A stretch of 64,000 nt of DNA from Octopus sinensis. Its lineage: Eukaryota. Under the pieces are notes generated by a model. It saw only the letters and a program-made list of their open reading frames with translations, searched no databases and had not been told where the DNA came from. The stretch spans positions 50,654,001-50,718,000 of the forward strand of contig NC_043006.1 of the NCBI RefSeq assembly GCF_006345805.1, read 5' to 3'. The translations under genes and the position numbers were made by a program. Below, in pieces: positions 49,559 to 62,519 of the stretch (within the stretch, counting starts at the first letter, position 1; each line of letters opens with the position of its first letter).

Positions 49559-51230
49559 CAGACGCACACGTGTGTATATATGAATATTCTTATGTATGTA
49601 CACGTATGTGTATATTAGATATTAGATTAGTAAACACGTTTCGACAGTTTGATTATGACTTAAGTTAACGAAGGAATTGAAGCAAATCTTGGATGTAGTG
49701 TATGGGAGGGAAAACCGAGAGATAGACACAAGGTGACAGTGAGAGACGCACTGAGAGACAGAAAGAGCGACAGTGAGGGAAAGAAAGTGAGAAATGATTT
49801 TGAAAAATTAGTTGGCGTCGAGTTGGAAATTCTAATTAAAGGGCGCGTGACACAAAGAGGTCGTAAAATGCTCGCTATTCTGAGAGGTATAGTCATAACA
49901 TGACTATACAAACTAATCAAAGACTCACTAAGGATATTTTAACAGCTGGAGTCATAGTTGGTGGTGTTTCACACTAGCTACAGCAATATTCCTGCCAGTT
50001 GACATTCAGTTCATATTACTAATTAAAACAAGAATTAATCTGTGTTTATTAACACCATTTGAATGCATCATCTGCCGTTGTCTTTTCCCTTTGTTCTTCT
50101 CTCTCCTTTAATTACACTTTACGTACGTCGTTATCAGCGGCTGAAACTATGGCTATTTATATTATCATTGACAAAAGCGTAGAGCGGTGCAATGTGGTTC
50201 CAGTTATGGGATACGAGATACCCGATGCTTTGTATGATAATGAAACGGTTATGTAGATAAAATCTAATTCTATTTTACATTTCTTATTTTTTTCTTGATT
50301 TTGTCGCCATCTTTTTTGTTGTGGATTTGGGGTAGATTTTACTGTTGTATTTAACCAAGCGCATAGATGCTCCTAATTGGCTTGTTTGCGTTTTAGCAGT
50401 TGGTCATAACTATTAAAACCCCTATGAAACCATGAAGGACAATCAGTTGACGTTCAACTAGAATTTCTGCTGGTTATTGCCTCTAGAGCAAAAAATCCAA
50501 AAAAAATCACGGTGACCATTTCTTGTGAGTGTAGGTTTTAAAATAAAAAAAGGTTTGGTCTGTATTTATTACAAGGTTTGACACAGTAGCGACTTAGATA
50601 AATCAGATGGATTTAGTTGTGATGGTATGCATAGTTCCCTAGTTTAGGAATCATTGTAGTGACAGTGAATGAAAACAAGAAATATATTGTGTGGATTACA
50701 CTTTGCCTGTGATTATTGAGCATATTAAGAATTAAGTAAACGTTGGGAAATCAGTCAGTTGGCTGTTTTTAAGCTGATGGTAATAATGTTAATCTAACAG
50801 TTCACGCTTTGATTTCAAGCACTATACAGACATTTTGCTGTGTAAATTTGTTATTATACTTAATTCTAAAAGGCCACTGATTACTTGGTTGTCAGTAATG
50901 GCGACCAGAACTTCAGAACAAGAACGTTACCTGTAATCGAATACTTTATTGTCTGAGGGAAAATTCATATATCATTTCTTAACATCCTGACATTGGAGCT
51001 ATGCATCAGTTCTTGGAAGTCCAATCCTTGGGGACTTTTAGGTGTTTTAGGAACATATCATATTTACATTTTTATTATGCATTCGATATTGTCAGTTGTT
51101 AATCTGTGTCTTTTCAATTCACCTTTACAAGAATATTCCACGCTGTAATGGGCAAAATGAAAATTATAAGCATACACATACAATCGAACACACTCATTTA
51201 TCAGTATACATATTTGAGTGTGTGTATGTA

Positions 51231-51279
<49 letters not shown>

Positions 51280-52342
51280 CCGTGTCAATGGATGGATATA
51301 TGATTACTACTTCTATTCTAATTCCAATAGAGTTGGCAGGGTCACAATCAAAATTGCAGTATTCAGTACAGTATTCAGCTAAAAGGCGCTTCATATGCTA
51401 TCATAAATATTTATTGACAATTTCAATCAATGTGCATAAAAGAATTATTGGGAAAGAATTATGATATTCTATAATATTCTATAATCATTAGCCATGCATT
51501 CGCTGTACAAATGGCTGAATGGGCATCTTGCTACATAGGAAAGCTAGTATTTTTATGCTCTTCCAGAAATTCCATATAACAGAAGGATGCTATTATATGC
51601 TGATTGGAAATCCTTTCCTGTCGTTTGTCAAATTGCAATATATTATAACGCATGTCACTGATGGATGGCTGGTTGGGTAGATGGTCAGGTCATTTTACAG
51701 ATTACTTTTTCGGGGACTTTCACTTTCGAAATATCATCTTCACGATCTTTTGATGTTAACACTCTTTTTCACCCTTAAATACTGATTGCGACAGCAAATA
51801 CTGACTACCACCACCACCAGCACCGCCACTGCCACTGCCACCACAGCCACGCCGACCATCACGAACACCGCTGCCGCCATCGCAGAAGAGTCGATACTTC
51901 TTATAGTGTCACTTGTTCAGACCTCAGAAATGTACCATACTAATTATATTCTCATCCTCTTAATTAAGGTAATCACTCTGCTTCACCACTCTCCTCGTCA
52001 CATCTCTCTCCATCACTACTCTCTCCTTTTCTTTTATCTCTGTCTATATCGTTCTCACTATATCTACCTCCTTCTCTCTCTCTTTAACTCTATCTCTCTA
52101 TATCTCCTTAAATGGCTAGATGTCTATAAAAAAAGCTACAGGTAATATCAATTGTATTGTTACAGCAGTAAACAACCGAAGTATGATTGCATATTCTCTA
52201 CATATGCGGCAACTTTTTACAGAGCGTGGAGTCTCCCGGCGATATAAAATTTTATATCAATACATGAGTGTCAATAAAATGAATGCATGTATGATAACAA
52301 GTCACACATGCACGCACACACACACACACACCATACACACAC

Positions 52343-52385
<43 letters not shown>

Positions 52386-52744
52386 ATATGCAGAGAAAGA
52401 AGGGAAGGAAGAAAGAAGTTAAACTTGAAACCTTTATTTCATCTCTTTCCGCATTCGGTAACTTAATGTCTCACTTTAGATACAATCCATAGATGCCCCT
52501 CATTTGAGAAGCATGCACAAGCAAACATATCTTCAGACAGATAAACGAGAAATACAAGTCACAAGCATGCAATAACTCCCGTGAAAGCCACCGTTTGAAC
52601 CCTTATGAGGTACTTCTACGAACTGCTTCTCTAACGTGACATCATGTGTTACTGAATACTGAAACATATGTAACATGAAATAAGGAGTACTAGGTCCAAG
52701 CTTATCTTCCTTTCTCTTATTATTGATGTGCTCCTCGTGTTACG

Positions 52745-53070
52745 GTGAAGGTGCATGGCTCAGTGGTTAGAGCGTCGAGCCTACGATCGTGAGGTTGTGA
52801 GTTGGAATCCCGGAGCGGGCTGCGTGTTGTGTTCTCGAGCAAGACACTTTCTTTCACGTTGTTCCAGTTCACCCAGATGTAGAAATGAGTTGCGACGTCA
52901 TAGGTGCCAAGCTGTATCGGCTTTTGCTGATAACACTGGTGGCGTGAAGAGGGGAGGCCGGTATGCATGGGCAACTGCTGGTCTTCCATAAACAACCTTG
53001 CCCGGACTTGTTCCTGGGAGGGTAACTTTCTAGGTGCAGTCCCATGGTCATTCATGACCGAAGGGGGTCT
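52745..53070 (+). mobile_element. SINE family D, full length
   Basis: Matches 24684-25019. Confidence 0.9.
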
Positions 53071-53240
53071 CAGCAGCAGCCACATGTTACATTGTAACCC
53101 ACCTGACTGTGCAGGACCCTGAGTGAATACGCAACGGTGGGAGTTGAAAGCGATTAACAATAAGAACTGAAACGTAAATGGAATAAAAGGAATGAGGAAG
53201 AACAAAAGCAAGGCGAGATGGGTTTACAATAAAGAAAATA

Positions 53241-53700
53241 TTTGGTCATCTCATAAATAATGTGGGTTTTTTTATACGTCTTTTATTTTTCAGTTTTAAG
53301 ATAAAGTTATTTTTTAATCTAAAATAGACTCTCTTACATTTTCTACAATGCTCTTCCATCTATCGGGTAGACTTGCAAGGTCCCTCTTCCAAAATTCACT
53401 TGCTCGTGACGAAAAATACTCCTCCAGTACTGTTCTGACCTCGTCTACAGAATTCATATTTTTTCCGTCCAAATGATTGTGAAGACTGCGGAATAAATGA
53501 TAATCAGATGGGACAGTGTCCGACGAATATTGTGGGCCGGGCATCGTTTCCCATTCAAACTGCTCCAGCCTTTGGAATGTTATCCTCGCTGTATGTGGTC
53601 GAGCATTATCCTGATGGAAGAACATCTTCCGTCTTGAAACCAAGGGTGCTCGTTTTTATTCTAGCGCTGACTTAGACCGCTCAAGCTGCTCACAGTAGAT
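53241..53700 (-). pseudogene. Mariner (DD34D) 3' fragment
   Basis: ORF 53314-53643 FFHQDNARPHTA..YSSDTVPSDYHLFRSLHNHL..DRWKSIVEN; TIR-like end near 53241. Confidence 0.92.
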
Positions 53701-55020
53701 CTCCTTTGTTATCGTCTAGTTTTTGTTTAAAAGTTCAAAGAGGACTAAACCTTTTAGTGCCAAAATGTAAATTACAGAAAGACTATATCCTTGGAATAGT
53801 CCCTTTGTAATGCCTATTCTATTGGAAACAATCATTCTGTTCTCAGTTGTAAGGGTAGAAATAGTTGTCTATGTCTTTGTGAGTTTCTATAGCAGTAATT
53901 AAGGTAGTCGGTACCTTTGCCAGATGTAGGCACTTCAATAGCCATGATTGAGCGAATGCCCTCTTATAGTCAAGCCATACTGTCACAAGGTTTCTTCGTT
54001 GTTTTCTTACATCAGACAGTACAGTTTTGCTTATTAAAAGTTTTTCAGCACATCTTCACACTCCCTCGACTCACAATGGTCCTGGAGGAATTGGTTGAGG
54101 CAACATGTGTACAGTTTGTACATAATGTTTAGGCAAGCAATCCTGCCATCTCGGTGATTTTATTTTTGACAACAAGATTTGTCCTTGAAGCAATCCAATT
54201 TCGTATATCAGCCTAACCTTCCATAGTCCTTTTGAACAGACATATCAACTGGTTTCTATAAAATATCAGCTCGTTATACCAATATCCAACTATTAGGTCC
54301 CTTCCAGGTGCCTTCTCATTCTGAAGTTTGCCTACTGCTATAGCAGTTTCTGCATCAATTTTGTATGTTTTACTGTTAGCATTGGTACACTGTTCTCTCT
54401 CAATTGTATTTGACCATGATGCATTGAAGCTGAAATCCCTGTTTTCGTTCCAGAATGATTGTAGATCTTCTTTAGAGGGAGCTTTCTTAATGGTAATATT
54501 TTCCTTCCTCATATCTCTGTATAATGCTTGTAGGTCGGAAGCAAACTTGCGATTGATATTGGCTCGCTCAAAAATACGCATGTGATAGCGAAGTTTCTGA
54601 GTTTATGTTTCAAAGTGTTTAGCCTTATCAGAGCTCTGTGTGGAAATTTCCTCTAAACTTTCATTGATTTTTGGGTAAGGTAGAGTTGGTGAGGTGCAAA
54701 CTCATTTTGTCCTTACATTTTATTGTTTTAGTTAACCATCCAATATGGCGGCGTACGTTGTTGATGTTTCAAGTTTTGTTTTCCATCTAGGTTGTTTCCG
54801 TTTAACAATTTCGTTAATTTATTCACTGTACTATATTTCTCCTAGGTGTTCTTTAAGAGTAATAGCGGCTGTGTATATAAGAGTATTAATATTCCAGTAA
54901 TTAACTCCATGTGATTCCATGTGCTCTCCAGCAACATCATTGATAACTTAAAATATTAGATCGGTCGGATTTATTCTCACTCGTGTTGGGAATACTTTGT
55001 TGCTCAACGAAAGCTTCGAG
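53700..55020 (-). pseudogene. R4/Dong-type LINE, pre-RT and RT region, decayed
   Basis: RKFASDLQALYR..SFW..KAPGRDLIVGYWY (KAPGxD motif); decayed GDSLSP-like segment near 53740-53830. Confidence 0.8.
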
Positions 55021-55074
55021 AAAATGTTTTTGAGATGTATATATGTGTATATATGCATCTGTTTATATGTATGT

Positions 55075-55290
55075 GCGGCAATCTGGCAGAATCGTTAGCA
55101 CGACGGGCAAAATGCTGAGCGGTGTTTCATCTGTCTTTACGTTCTGAGTTCAAATTCCACCGAGGTTGACTTTGCCTTTCATCCTTTCGGAGTCGATAAA
55201 TTAAGTACCAGTTGCGTACTGGAGTTGATCTAATCGACTGGCCCCCGCCCCAAAAATTTCAGACCTTGTGCCTAGAGCATAAAAGGGTAT
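55075..55290 (+). mobile_element. SINE family A
   Basis: Family A motifs. Confidence 0.85.
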
Positions 55291-56589
55291 GCATGCATGC
55301 CTTGTATGTACGTACGTAATTTCGTATGTATGTACGTGTATATCTCTGTGCGTAGTCGTAAGAAATAAACACATACACACACGTATGTATATATACATAT
55401 ATATAGATATATATTTACATGCGGAAACTGGGAACACACACATACTTTTACATACACACACATGCATACATACAAGCACACATGCATACATACACAACTA
55501 ATGAAATTATGCTTCTTAATAAATGAATATGTTCCCGTTTTGATTTTCGACCCACATATTTGCTTATATAAATATTTACTAATGATAGACAGAATTAGAG
55601 GAGTTTCACTATATTTACCATAAATACAGCGATGTGCTTGTTAAGAGAGCAGAAACAGTATATACATACATACTTTATCAGATCCAAAAGTGAATTGATA
55701 TAGTTATGTGGTTATAAATATATATGTTCCCTTGTATTCGGCCTATATTTTACATATATAAATATTTATAAAAGATGAACTGACCTAGATAGAGGCTTAT
55801 GTATTTTCCATACATAATGCCTGCTAACAAAACTCTAGTTGTTGTTGTTCACACCTATGTGAACTGGGATGAGACACCACAATAATCAACTGCTTTTTTC
55901 CACGTTATAATGATACCAGTACCACGTTAAGCAGCCTGCTCCCTGCTCCTCTTCAAACTAGCAATAGTCGTTGATAGCAATACTTGACTATATAACCCTA
56001 TTATAAGGCTTGATAACATTTCACCAACCAGTTCGTCTTTCTCTCACATAATATAGGTAGGTTTGCTTTTGGAAACAAAAGATTGAAAAAGAACCGTAAA
56101 GTCTACCTATCCAGCGTTGGTCTTGTTAGCCTCCAGCTTGTCGGTATGGACAGACCCCCTACTCGAATATTTCTTTAGAAAGCCAAAGCATGATAATGAT
56201 TAGTCCCATGTTTAGTATAGCATAACTATAACCGCAGACTCATGCTATGACAATTCCGTTTATTATATAGGCTTAGTCTTTCTAGGACTAAATCAAACAA
56301 CGTGCCTCATTGTTACTGTTATTCTTGCATTGTTCAACGTGTCCATCCATTTCTAAAGAAGTGAAGGTGTAGTTTAAGGTAGACTTGACTGTTATTTCTA
56401 GCAGCTTGAGCTATATCGTTGAGGAATTAAGATCATAAAAAGAAGTGATACTCTGCCGTTTACTTCAGGAAAATAAAGTAGATTAAAATCATATAAAATG
56501 GTATTAAAGCATTTATGTATTTAAATGGCAATAAAATTACCAAAATATAGAATAAAAGTACATAAAGAACGTGTGTGTGTGCATGTATG

Positions 56590-56634
<45 letters not shown>

Positions 56635-56672
56635 GCATGTGTACATGTGTGTATGTATATATGTATGAATGC

Positions 56673-56714
<42 letters not shown>

Positions 56715-56853
56715 TTGTGTGAATGCATATATTCCCTTCTTTCCTGAGCGTCAAATAATACTTTAATTGTTCCACGTCCTCGCGTTGCTGTGTGTTTTTT
56801 TCTGTTTTCTTGTTTGGATTAACTATATATATATATATGTGTGTGTGTGTGTG

Positions 56854-56884
<31 letters not shown>

Positions 56885-56977
56885 TATATATGTGTGTGTG
56901 TGTGAATGTATATATCTATGTGTGTGTGAATGTATATATATATATGTGTGTGTGTGAACGTATATATATATATATAC

Positions 56978-57013
<36 letters not shown>

Positions 57014-57064
57014 GTATGTGTATATGTGTATATATATGTGTGTGTATGTATATATATATGTGTG

Positions 57065-57102
<38 letters not shown>

Positions 57103-57205
57103 TATGTGTGTGTGTGTGTATATATATATGTATATATATGTGTGTGTGTGTATGTATATATATACGTGTATGTATATGTGTATATATGTGTATGTATATA
57201 TAGGT

Positions 57206-57575
57206 GGAGGCGCAATGGCCCAGTGGTTCGCGGTTTCGATTCCCAGACCGGACGTTGTGAGTGTTTATTGAGCGAAAACACCTAAAAGCTCCACATACTC
57301 AAGTCTTGCTATCCACGGGGCTCCGGCAGGGGGTGGTGGGGAACTCTGATGTACTCTCTCACTAAAATTTTCTCTCACTTTCTTCCTGTTTCTGTTGTGC
57401 CTGTATTTCAAAGCACCAGGCTTGTCACACTCTGTGTCACGCCGAATCTCCCTGAGAACTACGTTAAGGGTACACGTGTCTGTGGAGTACTCAGCCACGT
57501 GCACGTTAACTTCACGAGCAAGCTGTCCTGTTGATCGGATCAACTGGAACACTCGTCGTCGTAACCGACGGAGAG
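57206..57575 (+). mobile_element. SINE family C with small indels
   Basis: Head and tail as in 16170-16533. Confidence 0.88.
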
Positions 57576-57614
57576 CCAATATCTATATATATGTAAGTAT
57601 ATATGTATGTATGC

Positions 57615-57656
<42 letters not shown>

Positions 57657-58400
57657 TATATATATATGTATATATATGTATGTATATATGTATGTATATG
57701 TATGTATGTATGTATATATATGTATGTATATGTATGTACCTATATATATATGTATGTATGTAAGTATATATGTGTAAGTATATGTATGAATGCGCATGTA
57801 TGTATGTATATATATGTGTATGTATGTATGTATGTATGTATATGTATGCATGTGTATGTATGTGTATGTATGTGTATGTATGTATGTATGTATGTATGTA
57901 TGTATATATGTATGTGTATATATATATATATATATATATGTGTATATATAACAAATGAAAGTGACAGAAAATGGAATATACGGGAATCTTTATTGCTTAC
58001 AACGATCGTTGCGACCCATCTTGCATCGATCCGTCGCGGGTGGGATACTGGAATAAACTAATGAACACACACACACACACACACACATACACACATACAC
58101 ACATACACACACACACACACATACACGCACACACACTTCATGTATGCAACCAGGCATGATTGAATGGTTAAGAAATTTGCTTAATAACAGAAGTGCACTA
58201 CGTTCGTTTTCTTCGTGTGATATTATTGGCAATAGTCTATACCATAGCCAAGCCTTGTAAGTGAAATACAGTAGAAGAAGGTAACTGTTTAAGAGTCGAT
58301 CGAATGCACTGTGCTTGTGCATCTATGCGTTACCATACCATGAGAATTAAGTTGTTTACACATGTCTGTGTAATAATCAGGCAGTTTGGACACAAATACC

Positions 58401-58634
58401 TATTCCTTTACTACCCACAAGGGGCTAAACACAGAGGGGACAAACAAAGACAGACAAACGGATTAAGTCGATTATATCAACCCCAGTGCGTAACTGGTAC
58501 TTATTTAATCGACCCCGAAAGGATGAAAGGCAAAGTCGACCTCGGCGGAATTTGAACTCAGAACGTAACGGCAGACGAAATACGGCTCCGCATTTCGCCC
58601 GGCATGCTAACGTTTCTGCCAGCTCGCCGCCATG
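58401..58634 (-). mobile_element. SINE family A with 14-bp TSD
   Basis: TGGACACAAATACC at 58387-58400 and 58635-58648. Confidence 0.9.
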
Positions 58635-59059
58635 TGGACACAAATACCAGAAGCAGTTCTGTCATTTGATCTCACAACTGGACACTTACACGTCGAAATC
58701 GAAAAGTGAGTTCATCATATACAAACACACAGAAACATGCGCGCGCGAGTGCATATGAGAGAGCATGTGCTTTGTTAGTGTCGGTGTACGTATGAGGGTA
58801 GAATGCTTTGCCGTGTTTGTTCTGGTTCTCTGTACTTTGATTTCCAATCCTGTTGAAGTCAACCTTGCCAGGCAAGTCAGGAAATACGTTCGATGTATCA
58901 CTATTATTATTGTTGTTATTGTCATCAACCTTTCCTTTCCTTCTCCCTGACCTAGGCACGCCGTTCCTATAACCTCTAATTTCTATTTTATTCCTTATAA
59001 ACGGTGAATTTTATTCCTAGTAAACTATGAATTTTCTCCCTCTAAAATATTCCTACCTT

Positions 59060-59123
59060 GTCTCTGATGACGGAGTACCCAGTGCACGGGCATGCTAACC
59101 AGTCACTTAGAAACAGCTCTAAG
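59060..59123 (+). ncRNA. Degenerate hammerhead-like motif
   Basis: CTGATGA (59064-59070)..GAAA-CAGCTC-TA; helix III palindrome broken by one change and helix II unclear. Confidence 0.3.
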
Positions 59124-59210
59124 CCTTCAAATTCACCTTACTTTAATCAAATTATTATAAATGACTTCAGGTATTCATTCTGCCTTCGTATTGATTTTTC
59201 CTCTAATACA

Positions 59211-59294
<84 letters not shown>

Positions 59295-59612
59295 TGTACA
59301 TTTAAGCACATAAATCCAAACCAGTATTAGGGATAAACTTCGAAGTTTATCCCAAATAGTGGTTTGCATTTTGGCTGTTCCTTCAAGCGTGTCAAGAATC
59401 CTATGATGGATACCTCTTATGTGTTTAAATGTACACTGTTTTTATATAAATAATATATAGTCTACTGACTAATTTTTCTATACGCTAGGCCACTGGTAGT
59501 AAAAATTTCAAAAATTTTTATTACCCTGATATTAATTATATATATATATATATGGTAGATAGATAGATATACATTCACACATATATTCATGTATATATGC
59601 ATACATATATTC

Positions 59613-59654
<42 letters not shown>

Positions 59655-60644
59655 TTAAATGTGTGTGTGTGTGTACACACAAGCATATATGTTTATATTG
59701 ATATATAAATACGTGTGTGTGTGTGTGAGAAAGACCGAGACAGAGATTAGAGACCAATTAATGTTGGGTTATGTATCAGACACGATAAATAGTGCATAAA
59801 ACTGTGGGGGGTCATGAAAGAGACAATGCACCCTTGTGTCAGAAAACGCTGAATGTTTATTTGTTGCCTGCAACATATTAAAAGGAATGAGAAGATATTG
59901 TGAGTCACAAGTTTCAGTCTCAACGAAAAACAAAACTGTACAGACGACGTTTAATTTAAATGGTTTAAATGGGAATCGAACTTGTAACATACTGTTTCCT
60001 GTCAGCTTGTAATGAAATCTCTGTGCATTTGCTTGGCCTGAGGAAAAGTAACGGCCAAATCTCTCATAAATTACATGTTAGAATATTTAAAAAATGTAGG
60101 GAGACAGTAGATGTTAAATTCCTAGTTACATTATCAGGAACACTTTTAATATCGTCTGCATGTGCCCTGTTGACCGGGAGCTAAAGAACATCATCATCGT
60201 CGTCATCGTCGTCAGTATTTCAGCTGACATTTTATTTGATTTAGTTTCTACAGTTGTCTTAATCTGACATTTGATTCAACAATTCAGGTTATTCCCCTTG
60301 ACTTTTATGATGTATGTCACCGGTAGGATATTGATTTCAGCATTAAATAGTGAGAGAGGAACAGGGAGAGCATGTATGATGCATGTGTTTGTGTGTGTGT
60401 GGTACATCTGTATATGTATACTTCTCCAATTTTGCATTCATGTAGAAGTTTGCTTGTAAGTTTGTGACAAGAACCAGTAGCAATATATTGCAGACCAACG
60501 CTCTTGATTTGACTAAACAGCATTTTAATGAAGGAAGCAGAATACGAAGACAAACTCTGTACTATTTACACCTTGTGTTTTTCTGGTTTTTCTCTAGCTC
60601 TCCTCATTTATCTCGCTTACTATCATACATCTGTACAATGATTT

Positions 60645-60675
<31 letters not shown>

Positions 60676-61013
60676 GAGTATATATGTGCGCGTTTACGTG
60701 TGTGTGTGTGTGTGTGCATGCGCGCGCGTGAATGCGTGAAAGCGCGTGACCTTCTGAGCAGTTTCGATCCCAAGACACAGCGATGCGCTGTATTCTCGAG
60801 TAAAGCGCCTCGCTTCATTTTGCTCCACTATGGCTCGCATTCAAGGGAATGGAATAATCTTTGAGTTTTATATATATATACATACACAGAAGAGCGTAGG
60901 CTCGAAACGTTAAAGACTTGTTTTATTTATATTTCCTGAGCGCCATACTAATACAATTGTTCGTTTGTTTTCCACCTGCCTTCGTCTTTTGTTTATTTTC
61001 ATAAAGCTTCCCG

Positions 61014-61049
<36 letters not shown>

Positions 61050-61100
61050 GCGGCCCGGTTTGTCTCTATATACGGTGAGTGACTTGTAGTCACTCTCAGC

Positions 61101-61465
61101 AGGCGCAGGAGTGGCTGTGTAGTAAGTAGTTTGCTTACCAACCACATGGTTCCGGGTTCAGTCCCACTGCGTGACACCTTGGGCAAGTCTCAACTATAGG
61201 CCGACCAAAGCCATGTGAGTGGATATGGTAGACGTGTGTGTGTATATATATATGTGTGTGTGTATGTTTGTGTGTCTGTGTTTGTCCCCGAAACATCGTG
61301 TGACAACCGATGCTGGTGTGTTTACGTCCCCGTCACTTAGCGGTTCGGCAAAAAGATTCCGATAGAATAAGTACTAGACTTACAAAGAATAAGTCCTGGG
61401 GTCGATTTTCTCGACTAAAGGCGGTGCTCCAGCATGGCCGCAGTCAAATCACTGAAACAAAAGAA
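61101..61465 (+). mobile_element. SINE family B, full length
   Basis: Complete head, body and tail. Confidence 0.92.
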
Positions 61466-61474
61466 TAATGTATG

Positions 61475-61524
<50 letters not shown>

Positions 61525-61607
61525 CGTTTGTAGAAAAACATAAATCCAGAGAAGAAGCACACTTTAAGATGTAGAGTAGTTAAAATTATAATGGGAGAGG
61601 CCGGTCT

Positions 61608-62160
61608 ATGGAGTTACCCTGTTACCCTGGGTTTTTCATCCATAAGAGGTTTGGCCTTGTGGCCTATCATTAGACTCCAAACCTGTTGGCCCAAGAACTC
61701 TTCAAAATATGGAGGGGAAAATGCCTCGCTAGAAAGGTAAACAATAGGTAATTATCTCCTTTTGCCTTGGTTATCGAGTTCCGGCCGCGCCGCTGTCTTG
61801 CTGTTGCCAAAAATCATGAAGGTAAATAATTGTCTCTCTTCGGTCTTAGCTATCGTTTTCCGGCTGTACCGTCACCTTGCAAATTCCAAAATGCTAGTAG
61901 GAATCTTCTAAAATGCAAACATAGTCCAAAAATCTCCGCCCTGGGGTTAAGGATGTTCCCTGGTACGTGCGAGTGTTTTAGGATTCTCGCACGTCCAGCA
62001 ATACATAACATGCAACGTTTCGTCCCCTTGATGTAGGGGCTCCTAGCGAGGCATTTCCCCCTCCATATTTTGAAGAGGTCTTAGGTCAACAAGTTTTAGG
62101 TCTGACGATGCACCGTAAGGCCAAACCCTTTATGGACGAGAAACCCAGGATAACTCCATA
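61608..62160 (-). mobile_element. 5'-truncated Penelope-like element with an inverted copy of its 3' end
   Basis: Minus strand 62038-61850 PYIKGTKRCMLCIAGRARIL..NILNPRAEIFGLCLHFRRFLL matches the PLE GIY-YIG C-terminal pattern (RCxLC..LNxRxE..CxH). Arms 61608-61732 and 62043-62160 are inverted and carry HHR relics. Confidence 0.8.
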
Positions 62161-62319
62161 AACTATCTATAGATAAATAGATAAAACTTACTTGGAAAAG
62201 GATGCGCGGCGTTCGATCGTATGATAATATAAATAATATATATGCATATATTTATATATTATTTATATTATATATAATATAAATATATATATAATATATA
62301 TAATATATAAATATATGCC

Positions 62320-62386
<67 letters not shown>

Positions 62387-62519
62387 GTGCGTGTGTGTGT
62401 GTGTGTGTGTATACACACTTGTATGTACGTGTGTGTGTGGAGATAGAGACAGAATGAGACTGACAGATTTGTAAGTGTACATATATATCATCATAGGCTG
62501 CACCTAACAGTGATAACTA

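Noticed and set aside
52643-52677. CTGAATA-CT-GAAACATATGTA motif
   Set aside because: G8 is absent without compensation, there is no helix II, and helix I is out of register.
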